Assembly: GCA_963666925.2 (NCBI GenBank)
Contig: CAXXTC010000007.1
Location: forward strand, 288,001-352,000
Length of the DNA stretch: 64,000 nucleotides
Direction: 5' to 3'
Source of the DNA: Phycisphaerae bacterium
Lineage (GTDB): Bacteria > Planctomycetota > Phycisphaerae > UBA1845 > Fen-1342
The notes below the pieces were generated by a model. The model ran no database searches. It was not told the origin of the DNA and was given only the letters and a program-made list of their open reading frames with translations. The stretch's first letter is position 1, and each line of letters opens with the position of its first letter. The translations under genes and the position numbers were made by a program. Positions 1 to 10,121 of this stretch are shown here, in pieces.

Positions 1-1
1 C

Positions 2-1582
2 GTGCATCGTCACCAGGTGTTGAGATCGGCGGAGGATGATGGGGTGCCGATCGTGTATGCGGGTTCGACCGATCGGGTTTCGTTTGCGGAGGTGGATGAG
101 CCGAAGGGATGCGTGCTGGTGACGTTTCGCGGTTGTGGTGTTGAGCATCGCTTTGTTGAGCACGCGGTGCGGCCGATGTCGACGTGGCCGGTAGACGTGA
201 GCGAGTTGGGTCGGGACGAGATTGTCGCGCGGCTGGAGAAGATCGTGCGGTCGTTGCCGGGGCGGGCAGTTGCGCAGGTACGGCTGGCTGGTCGGGTTGT
301 GGCGGGGGTGTTGCGCGGGTTGCGGCTGGCAGATCGGCTGCGGGCGTTGCGGCCGGACGTGTTGCTGAGGGTGGTGTATCGTGGCGTGGATCTGAGCGGA
401 GAACGGCGATCGCGGGCGGTTTCGGGGCGGCCAGCGGCGGTGTTTGCGTGTGTGCCGGGGCCGGCGGTAGCGCAGTGGTGCGTGGCGGTTGAGCGGTTGG
501 GCGAGTTGCCGCGTGTACGGGGGGTGTATGCGCTGCATGATCGGGCGGGGCGGTTGTTGTACGTGGGGAAGGCGTGCGACGTGCGCAGCCGGGTGCGGAC
601 GCACCTGCGTGGAGGTAACGGGGCGAATTATTACCGCGGTTGGGGGCAGCAGGTTGCGCAGGTCGCGGTGCGTTCGGCGGCGAGCGACCTGGAGGCGTTG
701 TTGATCGAGGCGGAGTTGATTCGGCGTTTGCAGCCGACGTTCAATCGGCAACTGCGGCGTGGGAAGTCGTATTGCTACCTGGCGGAGGATGGCTGGGCGC
801 ATCGGCAGTTGGGCGTGTTTCAGCGCGTAGCGCCCACGGGGGCGTTCGGGCCGTATCGCAGTGATTGGCAGGCGGAACAGGTTGCGGTGGCGGCGGCGCA
901 GCATTTCAGACTGGCGCTATGTGATGCGCAAGAAGAGGGAGCGGAACAGATGCCGTTGCTCGGCGGAGCGGCCGGCAGCCGATTGTGTGCCCGCTATTAC
1001 GCCGGCGAGTGTGCCGGGCCGTGTGCCGGACGGATTGGGGCGGATGAATATGCGGTCGCGGCCGAGCGTCGCGCGGCGCTGCTGAGCGGGATGGACGACG
1101 CGTCGCTGCGCGCGTTGGAGACGGAGTTGGAGCTGACGCCGCGAGGCGTACTCGAACGTGTGCCGGCGGATTGGCGGCGGTGGGAAGCGCAGACGTTGCG
1201 AGCGGCGTTCGACCAGGCGGTCGAGACGCGCATGGCGGCGGAGTTGTTGTATGGGCTGGTGTTGCTGCCGGGTGACGGTGCGGAGGCGCGCACGGCGCAG
1301 ATGCTGCCTGGTGGGGTGCGGTTTGGCGCGGTTGGGTCGGATATTCGAGATGCGCGGCGAATGTTGCGGGCAGCGCGGCAGGTGGTGCCGCGTCGCCGGC
1401 CGGTGCCGCCGCCGCCAATACCGGCAGGGATTCTGGATGCGCTGTACATAGCGGTGCGTGAGCTGCGTCGCGGTGCGGATGAGTATGGTTTGATCAGCGC
1501 GCGCGAGCTGGCACAACTCAAGCCACGCGAGTTGCGCGCCCGAGCGCTGGGCCGCGGCGAGCGGGTGAGGGAAGGTGGATAG
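2..1582 (+). CDS. 5'-partial fusion: C-terminal part of an SbcD/Mre11-type metallophosphoesterase plus a UvrC/Cho-like GIY-YIG endonuclease
   Basis: N-terminal (H)VHRHQVL..IVYAGSTDRVSFAEVDEPKG matches the SbcD/Mre11 GHxH..YxGS..F.E..KG motifs. Later RGVYALHD..LLYVGKA..VRSRVRTH..EALLIEAELIRRLQPTFN is GIY-YIG, and LCARYYAGECAGPCAG is a UvrC-like Cys cluster. Confidence 0.8.
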   Translation: MHRHQVLRSAEDDGVPIVYAGSTDRVSFAEVDEPKGCVLVTFRGCGVEHRFVEHAVRPMSTWPVDVSELGRDEIVARLEKIVRSLPGRAVAQVRLAGRVVAGVLRGLRLADRLRALRPDVLLRVVYRGVDLSGERRSRAVSGRPAAVFACVPGPAVAQWCVAVERLGELPRVRGVYALHDRAGRLLYVGKACDVRSRVRTHLRGGNGANYYRGWGQQVAQVAVRSAASDLEALLIEAELIRRLQPTFNRQLRRGKSYCYLAEDGWAHRQLGVFQRVAPTGAFGPYRSDWQAEQVAVAAAQHFRLALCDAQEEGAEQMPLLGGAAGSRLCARYYAGECAGPCAGRIGADEYAVAAERRAALLSGMDDASLRALETELELTPRGVLERVPADWRRWEAQTLRAAFDQAVETRMAAELLYGLVLLPGDGAEARTAQMLPGGVRFGAVGSDIRDARRMLRAARQVVPRRRPVPPPPIPAGILDALYIAVRELRRGADEYGLISARELAQLKPRELRARALGRGERVREGG

Positions 1583-1748
1583 CGGGGCTGGGGGCTCGTA
1601 TATGCGGGAATGTGGATTGGTAGGGCCGCTTGCGTGCGTGGGGTCGGGTGGGCGCATACAATACTGCACTTGTCACGGCTTGGATGCCGGGGATTCGCAA
1701 ACCGGGTGACAGCATTCGCTGGGCCCGTGCTCTCGCCAAGGAACTTTC

Positions 1749-3200
1749 ATGAGAATAGCTCTGGTGAACCCTGTGACCCGCCGGTCGCAGGGCTATCACA
1801 CGATTGGCACGTATATTCCGCAGCTTGGTTTGCAGGTGCTGGCTCGGCTGGTGGGCGACGAACACCAGGTTGACATCATCGACGAGGTTTTTAAGCCGGG
1901 GGACGCCGACCGTTATCTCCTGCGGGGCAAGTATGGCCTAGTTGGACTGACGGCGTATACCAGCGGCGCGACGCGAGCGTATGAGATTGCGCGGTTGTGT
2001 CGCGAGCATGGCACGCCCACGATCATGGGTGGCCCGCATGCGTCCGCTTGTCCGGAAGAGGCGGCGCCGCACGTGGATTCGCTGGCGTTGGGCGAGTGCG
2101 ACGAGATCTGGCCGCAGATCATTAGTGATGCGGCCGCGGGTCGGCTGTTGCCGCGTTACGAAGGCACGTTGTCTGATTTGGAGACCACCGGGCTGGGCGG
2201 GGCCCACCCGGCGCCGCAGCCGATCAACGGGCGCTATGACGTGGCGGCGATCCAGACCTCTCGCGGCTGCCCGGTCGGATGCGAGTATTGCTCGGTGACG
2301 CGCTTCAACGGGCCCGAAATCCGGCGGCGGCGCATCGCCGACATCGTCGCCGAGTGGAATGCCATCAAAGAGAAGTTCGTTTTCGTGGTAGACGACAACT
2401 TCTTCGGCGTCGGTCCGCGGCACGCGAAATGGGCCAAGGAGCTGTTGCACGCGCTGATTCGGGATGGCAAGAAGCGGTTGTGGTTCAGCCAGACGACGAT
2501 CAACATGGGCGATGATCAGGAGGGGTTGCGGCTGGCGTACAAGGCCGGCTGTCGCGGTATGCTGGTCGGGTTCGAGACGTTCAACCAGGAATCGCTGAAG
2601 AAATATCACAAGGGTATCAATCGGAAGAACGTTGAGCGATATCAGGAACTGGTGACGGGTTTTCACAAGGCGGGGATCGCAGTTTTCGGCGGGTTCATCA
2701 TCGGTTCTGACGAGGACACGCCCGAGACGGTGGCCGACACGGCGCTGGGGGCGGTGCGCATCGGCGTGGACATCATTCAGATTACCAACCTCACGCCGCT
2801 GCCGGACACTCGGATGTTTGAACGCTTGCGTGATGCGGGCCGACTGTTGGCGCTGGACTGGCCGGCGGACTGGGAGCGTTATACGTTCACGGAGACGGTG
2901 TATAAGCCGGAACGGATGAGTGCCCGCGAGCTGGACGAGGCGATTTACGAGCTGCGTTATGCCGCGGCGCGTGAGCCGTGGGTTTTGAAGCGGGCCCTGC
3001 GAACGTTGGTGCAGACGCGATCGTTGAGCACGGCTCTGTTTGTGCTGGGGATGAACCGGGGGTGGAAGCGGATGGCGCGGCTCCAGGTTCCGCATGATGC
3101 GGAGCGGTTTGGGTTTGCGCCGCGGCCGTCGCGGCGGATGGCGAAGGTTGTGGAGTCGTTCCGGATGCACCTGTGGCCGTCGGCGTCGGGTCTGGCCTGA
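1749..3200 (+). CDS. B12-binding domain radical SAM protein
   Basis: MRIALVNP..PQLGL..MGGPHAS cobalamin-binding region, QTSRGCPVGCEYC (CxxxCxxC), VDDNFF and VGFET. Confidence 0.9.
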   Translation: MRIALVNPVTRRSQGYHTIGTYIPQLGLQVLARLVGDEHQVDIIDEVFKPGDADRYLLRGKYGLVGLTAYTSGATRAYEIARLCREHGTPTIMGGPHASACPEEAAPHVDSLALGECDEIWPQIISDAAAGRLLPRYEGTLSDLETTGLGGAHPAPQPINGRYDVAAIQTSRGCPVGCEYCSVTRFNGPEIRRRRIADIVAEWNAIKEKFVFVVDDNFFGVGPRHAKWAKELLHALIRDGKKRLWFSQTTINMGDDQEGLRLAYKAGCRGMLVGFETFNQESLKKYHKGINRKNVERYQELVTGFHKAGIAVFGGFIIGSDEDTPETVADTALGAVRIGVDIIQITNLTPLPDTRMFERLRDAGRLLALDWPADWERYTFTETVYKPERMSARELDEAIYELRYAAAREPWVLKRALRTLVQTRSLSTALFVLGMNRGWKRMARLQVPHDAERFGFAPRPSRRMAKVVESFRMHLWPSASGLA

Positions 3201-3441
3201 GCGTGGGCTGGATACCCGGGTGTGTCCGGCGTGGCTCTGTAAGTGGCGTGTGAGTAATGTGTTAGGGTTGTTCTGTGAGGGCGGGGGCGGCTTTGGCATG
3301 CGTGGGGAATGGGGCGGCGGAGATCATTCCGCGGATTCGCGAATAATCGGTTTTTGCGGTCGAATACCCGGGTGAAAGGGATCGAGCGGACGACGCGTGG
3401 ACGCGCCGTCTGCGGTGACCGGTCCTAACAGGAGCGTTGCC

Positions 3442-4095
3442 ATGAACAACGGACCGTCTGTCATAGTGAAAAAGAGTGGATTCCTGGCGGCGGTTGCCAA
3501 GGGGATCTTTGGGACCATCATCACAGTGGTGCTTTGTGCAACGGCCCTGGGTCTGTACGGCATCCGGATGTGCGACCACAACATGGACATGATCCGGCAG
3601 GTGGTCACCAAGATCGTGCCGGAGGTGCTGGATAACGTGCCCGATATCATCGCCGCCATGCCGCCGCTCATTGCCGACGCGCTGAACGATCGGCGGGCCC
3701 CGGAGTATCGTCCGGAGATCACAATCGAAACGCGCATGGCCCATCGTAATGGTCGCCAGGTGGCGGTGTTGGAGCTTCACAACGACGGTGATCAGACCGT
3801 GTCGTTGCTGACGCTACACGTTGCTTTTGAGAACAACGAGGGTGTTCCGGTGTGGTCGGATGTGTTGCTCGCGGCCAGTCCGATTGGCTGTGACGAGGAG
3901 GTCCCCGGGCTGCTGATGCCGGGGGCCACGCGGAAGTTGACCTGCGGCTGGCTACACCACCATGGGGACGTGGAAGCAGTGACGGCTGATATTACCGATC
4001 TGCGAGTTTGGAACGGTTCCGAGGTTGAGTCGGCGAGCGAGAGTGTGCACGAGCCGGCGCTGCCTGCGGTAGATGGGGAAGATTCAGCAGCCTGA
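3442..4095 (+). CDS. hypothetical protein with one N-terminal TM helix
   Basis: ORF with AGGAG SD before ATG 3442, hydrophobic segment GIFGTIITVVLCATALGLYG and a beta-rich C-terminal domain. Confidence 0.7.
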   Translation: MNNGPSVIVKKSGFLAAVAKGIFGTIITVVLCATALGLYGIRMCDHNMDMIRQVVTKIVPEVLDNVPDIIAAMPPLIADALNDRRAPEYRPEITIETRMAHRNGRQVAVLELHNDGDQTVSLLTLHVAFENNEGVPVWSDVLLAASPIGCDEEVPGLLMPGATRKLTCGWLHHHGDVEAVTADITDLRVWNGSEVESASESVHEPALPAVDGEDSAA

Positions 4096-4224
4096 TTGCG
4101 ACGCCGATCCCAACCGGCGCAATCGCCAGCGGCGGCCGACACTCGAAGTCGGTCGCCGCTGTGCTGTAATCGGAGAAGTGCGGGGTAGATTTTCCTTGCC
4201 GACATGGTCCGGTAATGTGTAGAG

Positions 4225-5511
4225 TTGATCGCGTGGCATGAGTCACTTGTCGCCGATGCGACGTCAAACACAAGCCGGAGGAATTACGTCATGGCCAGGT
4301 GGGGTAACGATGGAGTTATGGTCTCGCAGCCGTGTAATTTGGTGTATCCCTTTTCGACCGCGGTCAGTCGTCGCGCATTGGCGCGGGTGGAGCTCATCGT
4401 TCTGGCAGTTGTTGGTGTTCTGTTGTTGTCGCTGCTGACGCCGGCGCTGGGTGTCGTTCGGCAGGAGATGCGGCACGCTTCCTGCGTCAATAACCTGTCA
4501 CTGTTCGGCCGTGGTATGCATTGCTACGCGATGGAGCATGAAGGCTGGCTTCCCGGCGTCAATACGTCCGGCCTGCGTGTCAGCACGACCGTCGGTATCG
4601 CCGGTATGCTGGACCACCCGGAAGTTCCCGTGCAGACCTACGACTGGATGACGCCGGTGCTGAGCTACGTCGAGAAGCTGCCGGCCAATCGGGCGCAGCG
4701 CTTCTGGCATTTGTGGTACAAGTACCGCTGCCCGCAGCAGACCGAGACGGCTATTGTTGCGCCCTACTTCATGGGGTTTCCGTCAGATGACTACGACGAG
4801 TTTGTAGAGTTGGCCGAGGCGGAGCCCTGGCCGGCGTGCAGCTATCTCATGTCGGCGCATTTCTCGTGGTGGGGACGGGACTACGAAGATTATGTCCTGG
4901 GTCCGCACCTTGCCAATCCGAGCTACCTGATCCGTGCCTTCGTCGCCTCGGACAATTGGGAAACGGTGAATTACGACTACGTGTCCCGGCTGGACCAGGT
5001 GGGTCCGCCCGATCGCAAACTCTTCGTCGCGGACGGCACACGTTACATCAGCGCGGGGCGGATCATCGACTTCAACCCCAGCCCGGATCCCCGTCTCTAC
5101 GGCGTGGGCGTATTCGGCGCGTTCGCCTCAAGCGGCGCCTGGTGGGCCGGCAGCACGACCTACGGCGTGGGCGGCGGGACGACCTACGACGGTTACCCCG
5201 TCACGATTAACAGTCCATCGCAGGGCTACAACCTGTCGATCTCCTATCGGCACCGCACCTGCGGGTCCGGCCCCGCTTCAACGTCCAATCACCGTCCCGG
5301 CCGGCCGGGAGTCGGCGACGATTTCACCGGCAGCGCGCAGGACAACTATGGCTGCATCAACGCGGTGATGTTTGATGGGCACGTGACGACGCTCGACGAT
5401 CGGGAGTCGCGCAACCCGGTGCTGTGGTATCCCACGGGTACGATCGTGAACGAGAACGTCACGCCGGGCGAGACCATGACGACGCTCTTGCCGGGCTCGG
5501 TGATTCCGTAG
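4225..5511 (+). CDS. DUF1559 / prepilin-like N-terminus, H-X9-DG-type planctomycete protein
   Basis: RRALARVELIVLAVVGVLLLSLLTPAL..RHASCVNNL prepilin-like segment and C-terminal YRH..CINAVMFDGHV. True start probably 4291-4318. Confidence 0.85.
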   Translation: MIAWHESLVADATSNTSRRNYVMARWGNDGVMVSQPCNLVYPFSTAVSRRALARVELIVLAVVGVLLLSLLTPALGVVRQEMRHASCVNNLSLFGRGMHCYAMEHEGWLPGVNTSGLRVSTTVGIAGMLDHPEVPVQTYDWMTPVLSYVEKLPANRAQRFWHLWYKYRCPQQTETAIVAPYFMGFPSDDYDEFVELAEAEPWPACSYLMSAHFSWWGRDYEDYVLGPHLANPSYLIRAFVASDNWETVNYDYVSRLDQVGPPDRKLFVADGTRYISAGRIIDFNPSPDPRLYGVGVFGAFASSGAWWAGSTTYGVGGGTTYDGYPVTINSPSQGYNLSISYRHRTCGSGPASTSNHRPGRPGVGDDFTGSAQDNYGCINAVMFDGHVTTLDDRESRNPVLWYPTGTIVNENVTPGETMTTLLPGSVIP

Positions 5512-5522
5512 TCTGCGGCAGC

Positions 5523-7208
5523 CTATGCGGCCGGGGCGTTGTTGTTTTCGGCCTCGGCCAGCGCCTTACGCGTGGTGAAGTAGAAGATGGTCATGCCGAC
5601 GGTGCCGGCAAGGCCGATGATTCCGAGATAGACCCAGACCATATAGGGATGGTGCAGGTCCCAGAGGACCTGAGTGGCGTCGAGGACGGCCTGGTGGTCG
5701 ATGTCGCCGAGCACATTGTGGTAGATGGTGGCCACCTGCTCGGCGTGGTTTCCGGCCTCAGCGGCCTGCGTATCGATAGCGGCGACTGCGGAGCGCACGG
5801 CCGATTCGATATGCTCCGGACTTGCTCCCTGCTGGAGTTTCGCCATCGTTTCCATCACGTGTGAGCCAGGCAGCAGGTCTGCGTTCGTTGCGAATTCGGG
5901 GCTCATCCCGAGCTTGTCCACCAGGTATTGCCGCGCCAGGGAGTATTTGTTCGCCATCGCGTCATACAGGTAGCCGCCGATCTTGTTGCCGGCGGCCCAG
6001 CCGATGGCGAAGGGGATGTTTGAATATCCCATGTATAGCGCCTTTTTGTCCTTGGGTGCGATCAGGGCGATGTAGGCGCTGAACGTTGGACTGCACGTCA
6101 TTTCGCCGATTGAGAAGACGAAGATCATGATCGAGCAGAAGATGCCGAGTTGAGTCAGGCCGGCGCCGACGAAGCCGACCAGCGAGATGATCATGCCGAT
6201 GATCATCGCCGCGACCTTGTTGATTTTGCCGACGAGCCAGGAGATTACCAGGACCAGGGCAATGATCGCCCAGGCGTCGATGTTGATCAGGATTTCGGGC
6301 TTGGTTTGTCCGTCCTCATTTACCCAGCCGTTGCTGAACCAGCCGAAGAACGGTGCTACGTCGGACGTATCCACCCACTCGTCGATGAAGTTTGGCAGCA
6401 GGTCCCAGAGCTGCATGAACATCAGCCAGAAGCAGGAGAAGATCAGCAGGAACGCGACCAATCGCAGATCTTTCAGGATGGTTGCGATTGAGCTGATGAA
6501 CGTGCCGACCACGCCGTGCTGAGTTTCACCTTCCTTGGGCGGGGTCTTCTCGGGTTCCTTGTAGAGGAACAGCATCGGGATGAAGTTGCAGGCGGTTACG
6601 ATGGCGGCCCCGTAGAACACGTAGTCCCAGTTGATTTCGCCGCGGAGCTGGGCGGCCAGCATCGGTGCCAGTGCCCCGCCGATGTTCACGACCCAGTAGA
6701 AGATGCCCCACCCCATCGACGAAGTGTTTTCGTCGGTGGTCTTGGCCACGGTGCCGTGGCAGGGCGGCTTGAAGATGGCCGTCCCAAACCCGATCAGGCA
6801 GGCCGCCAGCAAGAACACCCAGTAGCCGGCTCCTTCCCAGCCCTGAGCCTGGTAATGTTGGGCGATCGGCAGCGAGTTGGCCATGAGCAGGTAACCGCCG
6901 ATGTTGATCAGGAAAGCGACGGCGAGGCTCTTCTTGTAGCCGTAGCGTTCGGTGAACCCGCCGGAGACCATTGGCACCAGGCATTGGATCAGGGCCCACC
7001 ACATGTAGATGTCGCCCTTGTCCGTGTAGGACAATCCCAGGCCGTTTTCGTCGGCCGTGCGGATCATGTACAGCGGCGCGATGGCGCGCACCCCGAAGAA
7101 CGCCAACCGCTCGAAGATCTCCATCAGGTTGGCGTACCAGAAGTTCGCCGGCATGTTCCGGATCAACGCGAAGAACCCGCTCTTCTTCTGCTGGACGGCG
7201 TCGGCCAT
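5523..7208 (-). CDS. MFS transporter, POT/peptide-transporter-like
   Basis: FWYANLMEIFERLAFFG (ExxER), GTAIFKP, GWGIFYWVVNIGG and many TM helices. Confidence 0.9.
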   Translation of the reverse strand: MADAVQQKKSGFFALIRNMPANFWYANLMEIFERLAFFGVRAIAPLYMIRTADENGLGLSYTDKGDIYMWWALIQCLVPMVSGGFTERYGYKKSLAVAFLINIGGYLLMANSLPIAQHYQAQGWEGAGYWVFLLAACLIGFGTAIFKPPCHGTVAKTTDENTSSMGWGIFYWVVNIGGALAPMLAAQLRGEINWDYVFYGAAIVTACNFIPMLFLYKEPEKTPPKEGETQHGVVGTFISSIATILKDLRLVAFLLIFSCFWLMFMQLWDLLPNFIDEWVDTSDVAPFFGWFSNGWVNEDGQTKPEILINIDAWAIIALVLVISWLVGKINKVAAMIIGMIISLVGFVGAGLTQLGIFCSIMIFVFSIGEMTCSPTFSAYIALIAPKDKKALYMGYSNIPFAIGWAAGNKIGGYLYDAMANKYSLARQYLVDKLGMSPEFATNADLLPGSHVMETMAKLQQGASPEHIESAVRSAVAAIDTQAAEAGNHAEQVATIYHNVLGDIDHQAVLDATQVLWDLHHPYMVWVYLGIIGLAGTVGMTIFYFTTRKALAEAENNNAPAA

Positions 7209-7357
7209 ACTCTGCTCCTGCGCTGTGCCGAATTGGGGAAAGGTTGGCTGGTGTTATAACCCAGAAGTGCCTGTGGATCACCCCCCGCGGGCGACCATGG
7301 GCCGGTCTTCGGGCCGCGCCGGTTCCGGCCGGCGGACGCTGTGCTGCTCTGCCTGGG

Positions 7358-7771
7358 TTAGCTCGCTGGCCGCGGCGGCGTGAGTGTGGTGACGAACTCC
7401 CGGTCCATTTCCTGCACATGCCGGGCGAGGCGCTCGCACAGCAGCGTCAGCCGGCTGATCGGGATGTCGCAGTCGCCGGCCTCGAAGCGGTGCTTGAACT
7501 CGACCACCGTTCGGGCGAGGGCCTCGTGCTGCTGACGGTGAGCGTCGAGGTCCGGATGCCCCTGTTCCTCCATCAGGGCTTCCATGATGCAGAAGTGGCT
7601 GCGGGCGGACCGGGCCAGCTTATTGAGCCGATGTGTGAACACCTGTTGGTCCTGGCGTAGCGTCAGGGCCTCCTGGAGTCCGTCCAGCGCATCAGCGAGC
7701 TGCTCGCGCTGGGTGTCCAGCTCGGCAACCCCCAGCCGGAATTCGGTCCCCCGGTCGACCAGCGGCGGCAT
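7358..7771 (-). CDS. bacteriohemerythrin-like protein with degenerate ligand set
   Basis: FRLGVAELDTQREQL..HFCIMEALMEEQGHPDLDAHRQQH..LARHVQEMD follows the hemerythrin pattern. Confidence 0.8.
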   Translation of the reverse strand: MPPLVDRGTEFRLGVAELDTQREQLADALDGLQEALTLRQDQQVFTHRLNKLARSARSHFCIMEALMEEQGHPDLDAHRQQHEALARTVVEFKHRFEAGDCDIPISRLTLLCERLARHVQEMDREFVTTLTPPRPAS

Positions 7772-7966
7772 TTGCCATCTCCTTGTCGTCGTGCCCGCGA
7801 GCGTCTGGGGACGCGGCGCCAGCACGCACGTAGGTGCACGTCGAGATTATTGGCTGATCGGAGGCCGGTCTTGAAGCCACCGGCGACGAAAGCCCGCACG
7901 GTGGGCGTGGGCGACTTGCAGACGCTGTTTCGTTGCGGCATCATCGCCCGATAAAGAGGAGCCCGC

Positions 7967-8851
7967 ATGACCGCCGCCATTCTCGACGGCAACGCTCGCG
8001 CTGCTGAGATCCGTACCGAGGTCACCCGCGCAGTGGCGGCGTACAACGCGCGCCATGGGACTGTGAAGCTCTGCGCGGTGCTGGTTGGCACGGATGCCGC
8101 CGGTCGTATCTACGCCGAGCGGCAACGTAAGCTCAGCGTTGTCGTTGGCGTGCAGTACGAGCTGGTCGAGCTGCCGGAGAGCACCATTCAGGCGGAACTG
8201 TTGGCTGTCATTGATCAGCTCAATGCGGCGAGCGATGTTACCGGAATCATCCTCCAGCTTCCGCTGCCGGAGCAGATCGACACCGCCGCCGCCCAGTATC
8301 GCATCGATCCCTACAAGGACGTCGAAGGCGTCAGTCCGGCAAACATCGGGATGCTGTTTTATGGCGAGCCGATTATCGCTCCTTGTACGGCGCTGGCGGT
8401 TACGGAGATGTTGCGGCTGAGCCGGGTTACGGTGCGCGGTGCCCGCGCTGTCGTGGTTGGGCAGAGCCGAATCGCCGGCCGACCGATAACGATGTCCCTG
8501 CTCGGGCAGATGGCGACAGTGACCGGGTGTCACATCGCGACACGCGATCTGGCGGCCCACACGCGGGCGGCGGATATCCTGGTTGTGGCGGTGGGTCGGC
8601 CGCGACTGATCGGGCCCGAGCTGGTCAAGCCGGGCGCCGTGGTTATTGATGTGGGGATCAACCGTATTACCGAACGCGATGCCGCCGGCCGGGAGGTGGG
8701 CCGTACGGTTGGCGACGTCGATACGGCTGCGGTGGCGGAGGTGGCGGGCGCATTGACGCCCGTGCCGGGCGGTGTCGGCCCGGTAACGGTCGCACTGTTG
8801 CTGCGTAACACCGTTGAGGCCGCCCGCAAGCAGCTCCGTCGGAGACTGTGA
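7967..8851 (+). CDS. folD: bifunctional methylenetetrahydrofolate dehydrogenase/cyclohydrolase
   Basis: GIILQLPLP, KDVEG, PCTALA, VVVGQSRIAGRP, IDVGINR and TPVPGGVGPVTVALL. Confidence 0.95.
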   Translation: MTAAILDGNARAAEIRTEVTRAVAAYNARHGTVKLCAVLVGTDAAGRIYAERQRKLSVVVGVQYELVELPESTIQAELLAVIDQLNAASDVTGIILQLPLPEQIDTAAAQYRIDPYKDVEGVSPANIGMLFYGEPIIAPCTALAVTEMLRLSRVTVRGARAVVVGQSRIAGRPITMSLLGQMATVTGCHIATRDLAAHTRAADILVVAVGRPRLIGPELVKPGAVVIDVGINRITERDAAGREVGRTVGDVDTAAVAEVAGALTPVPGGVGPVTVALLLRNTVEAARKQLRRRL

Positions 8852-8914
8852 CGTTGCTCCGGTGCCACAGGGATTCCGGGATAGCTTCCAGCGTGGTTTT
8901 GCATTTAATCCAAC

Positions 8915-9010
8915 GTGGGGCGGGCGTCTCGCCCGCCGCTGGGGTTCGCAATTGGGGCATGGCGGGCGAGACGCCCGCCCCACCTCTGATGCGGGACTTG
9001 TGAGAGGAGA
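8915..9010. repeat. REP/MITE-like element, family B
   Basis: Perfect 23-bp inverted repeat gtggggcgggcgtctcgcccgcc (8915-8937) / ggcgggcgagacgcccgccccac (8961-8983), with a tail ctctgatgcgggacttgtgaga shared with other copies. Confidence 0.85.
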
Positions 9011-9209
9011 CATCAGCGAAGATGCGTTTGCGTGGGCTCGCCGCGCGGTGGCAGAAGCGGGTATCCTGTACCGAATCAGCTCCGGCGCCGCGTTGAGCGC
9101 CGCCAGCGAGATCGCCCGCGTACCAGAGAACCATGGCAAGCTGATCGTGGCGATCCTCGCGTTGGCCGATGAGCGTTATTTTTCGACCCCATTAATCCCG
9201 CAGGAGTGA
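9000..9209 (+). pseudogene. cysK: C-terminal remnant of cysteine synthase
   Basis: SEDAFAWARRAVAEAGILYRISSGAALSAA..PENHGKLIVAILA..ERYFSTPL matches the CysK C-terminus. The N-terminal PLP-lysine region is absent. Lies directly upstream of cysC. Confidence 0.75.
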
Positions 9210-9210
9210 C

Positions 9211-9825
9211 ATGGCGCAACAGAAAGCCACCAACATCACCTGGCACGCCGGCCACGTCGAGCGTGCCGATCGCAACGAGCTACTGAAGCAGCAGGGGGCT
9301 ACCATTTGGTTTACCGGACTGAGCGCTTGTGGCAAGAGCACCATTGCGTTCACGCTGGAACACGCGCTGGTGGAACGGGGGCGCCTGGCGTATGTGCTCG
9401 ATGGCGACAACATCCGTCACGGGCTGAACAAGAACCTGGGGTTCTCGCCGGCTGATCGCGAGGAGAACATCCGCCGGATTGGCGAAGTGGCCAAGCTGTT
9501 CGCGGACGCGGGCCTGCTGACCTGCACCAGCTTCATCAGCCCTTACCGGGCGGATCGCGACCAGGCACGCAAGATCCACCAGGAGGCCGGCCTGCCGTTC
9601 ATCGAGGTTTTCGTCAAGGCGTCGGTCGAGACGTGCGAAGAACGCGACCCGAAGGGGCTCTACAAGAAAGCCCGCGCCGGCGAGATCCCCGAGTTCACCG
9701 GCATCTCGGCCCCGTACGAGGAGCCGACCGGGGCGGAGATTGTGCTCGACACTGAGCAGCTTTCGGTGGAAGAGTCGGCCCAAACGGTGCTGGATTACCT
9801 GAAGAGCCAGAAGCTGGTGCCGTAG
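9211..9825 (+). CDS. cysC: adenylyl-sulfate kinase
   Basis: [51 protein letters not shown] and FTGISAPYE. Confidence 0.97.
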   Translation: MAQQKATNITWHAGHVERADRNELLKQQGATIWFTGLSACGKSTIAFTLEHALVERGRLAYVLDGDNIRHGLNKNLGFSPADREENIRRIGEVAKLFADAGLLTCTSFISPYRADRDQARKIHQEAGLPFIEVFVKASVETCEERDPKGLYKKARAGEIPEFTGISAPYEEPTGAEIVLDTEQLSVEESAQTVLDYLKSQKLVP

Positions 9826-10121
9826 GGAGCTGTCCCGCAGACATGGGGGGCATAGCCAGGCTACGTTTTCGCTGCCCGGCGGGGAAGTGGGACGTAGCCC
9901 GGTAGGGTTGCGCCCGGGTGCCACACAAGTTCGGGCACGACAGGGGGTTATCTCGACACAAATATCCGGAATCTGTCGGCGATGCTGTGAGAAAGCCGGG
10001 AGCGGATGTGTACCCCGGATAGCAAGCGGTTTCAGGCCCGGGCGGCGGCGTGTGGCTAGCCGTTTGGTCGTGCGAGCATCATTCGGCAGGCCAGCATGTC
10101 CGCCTGCCAAGGAGTAGGTAG

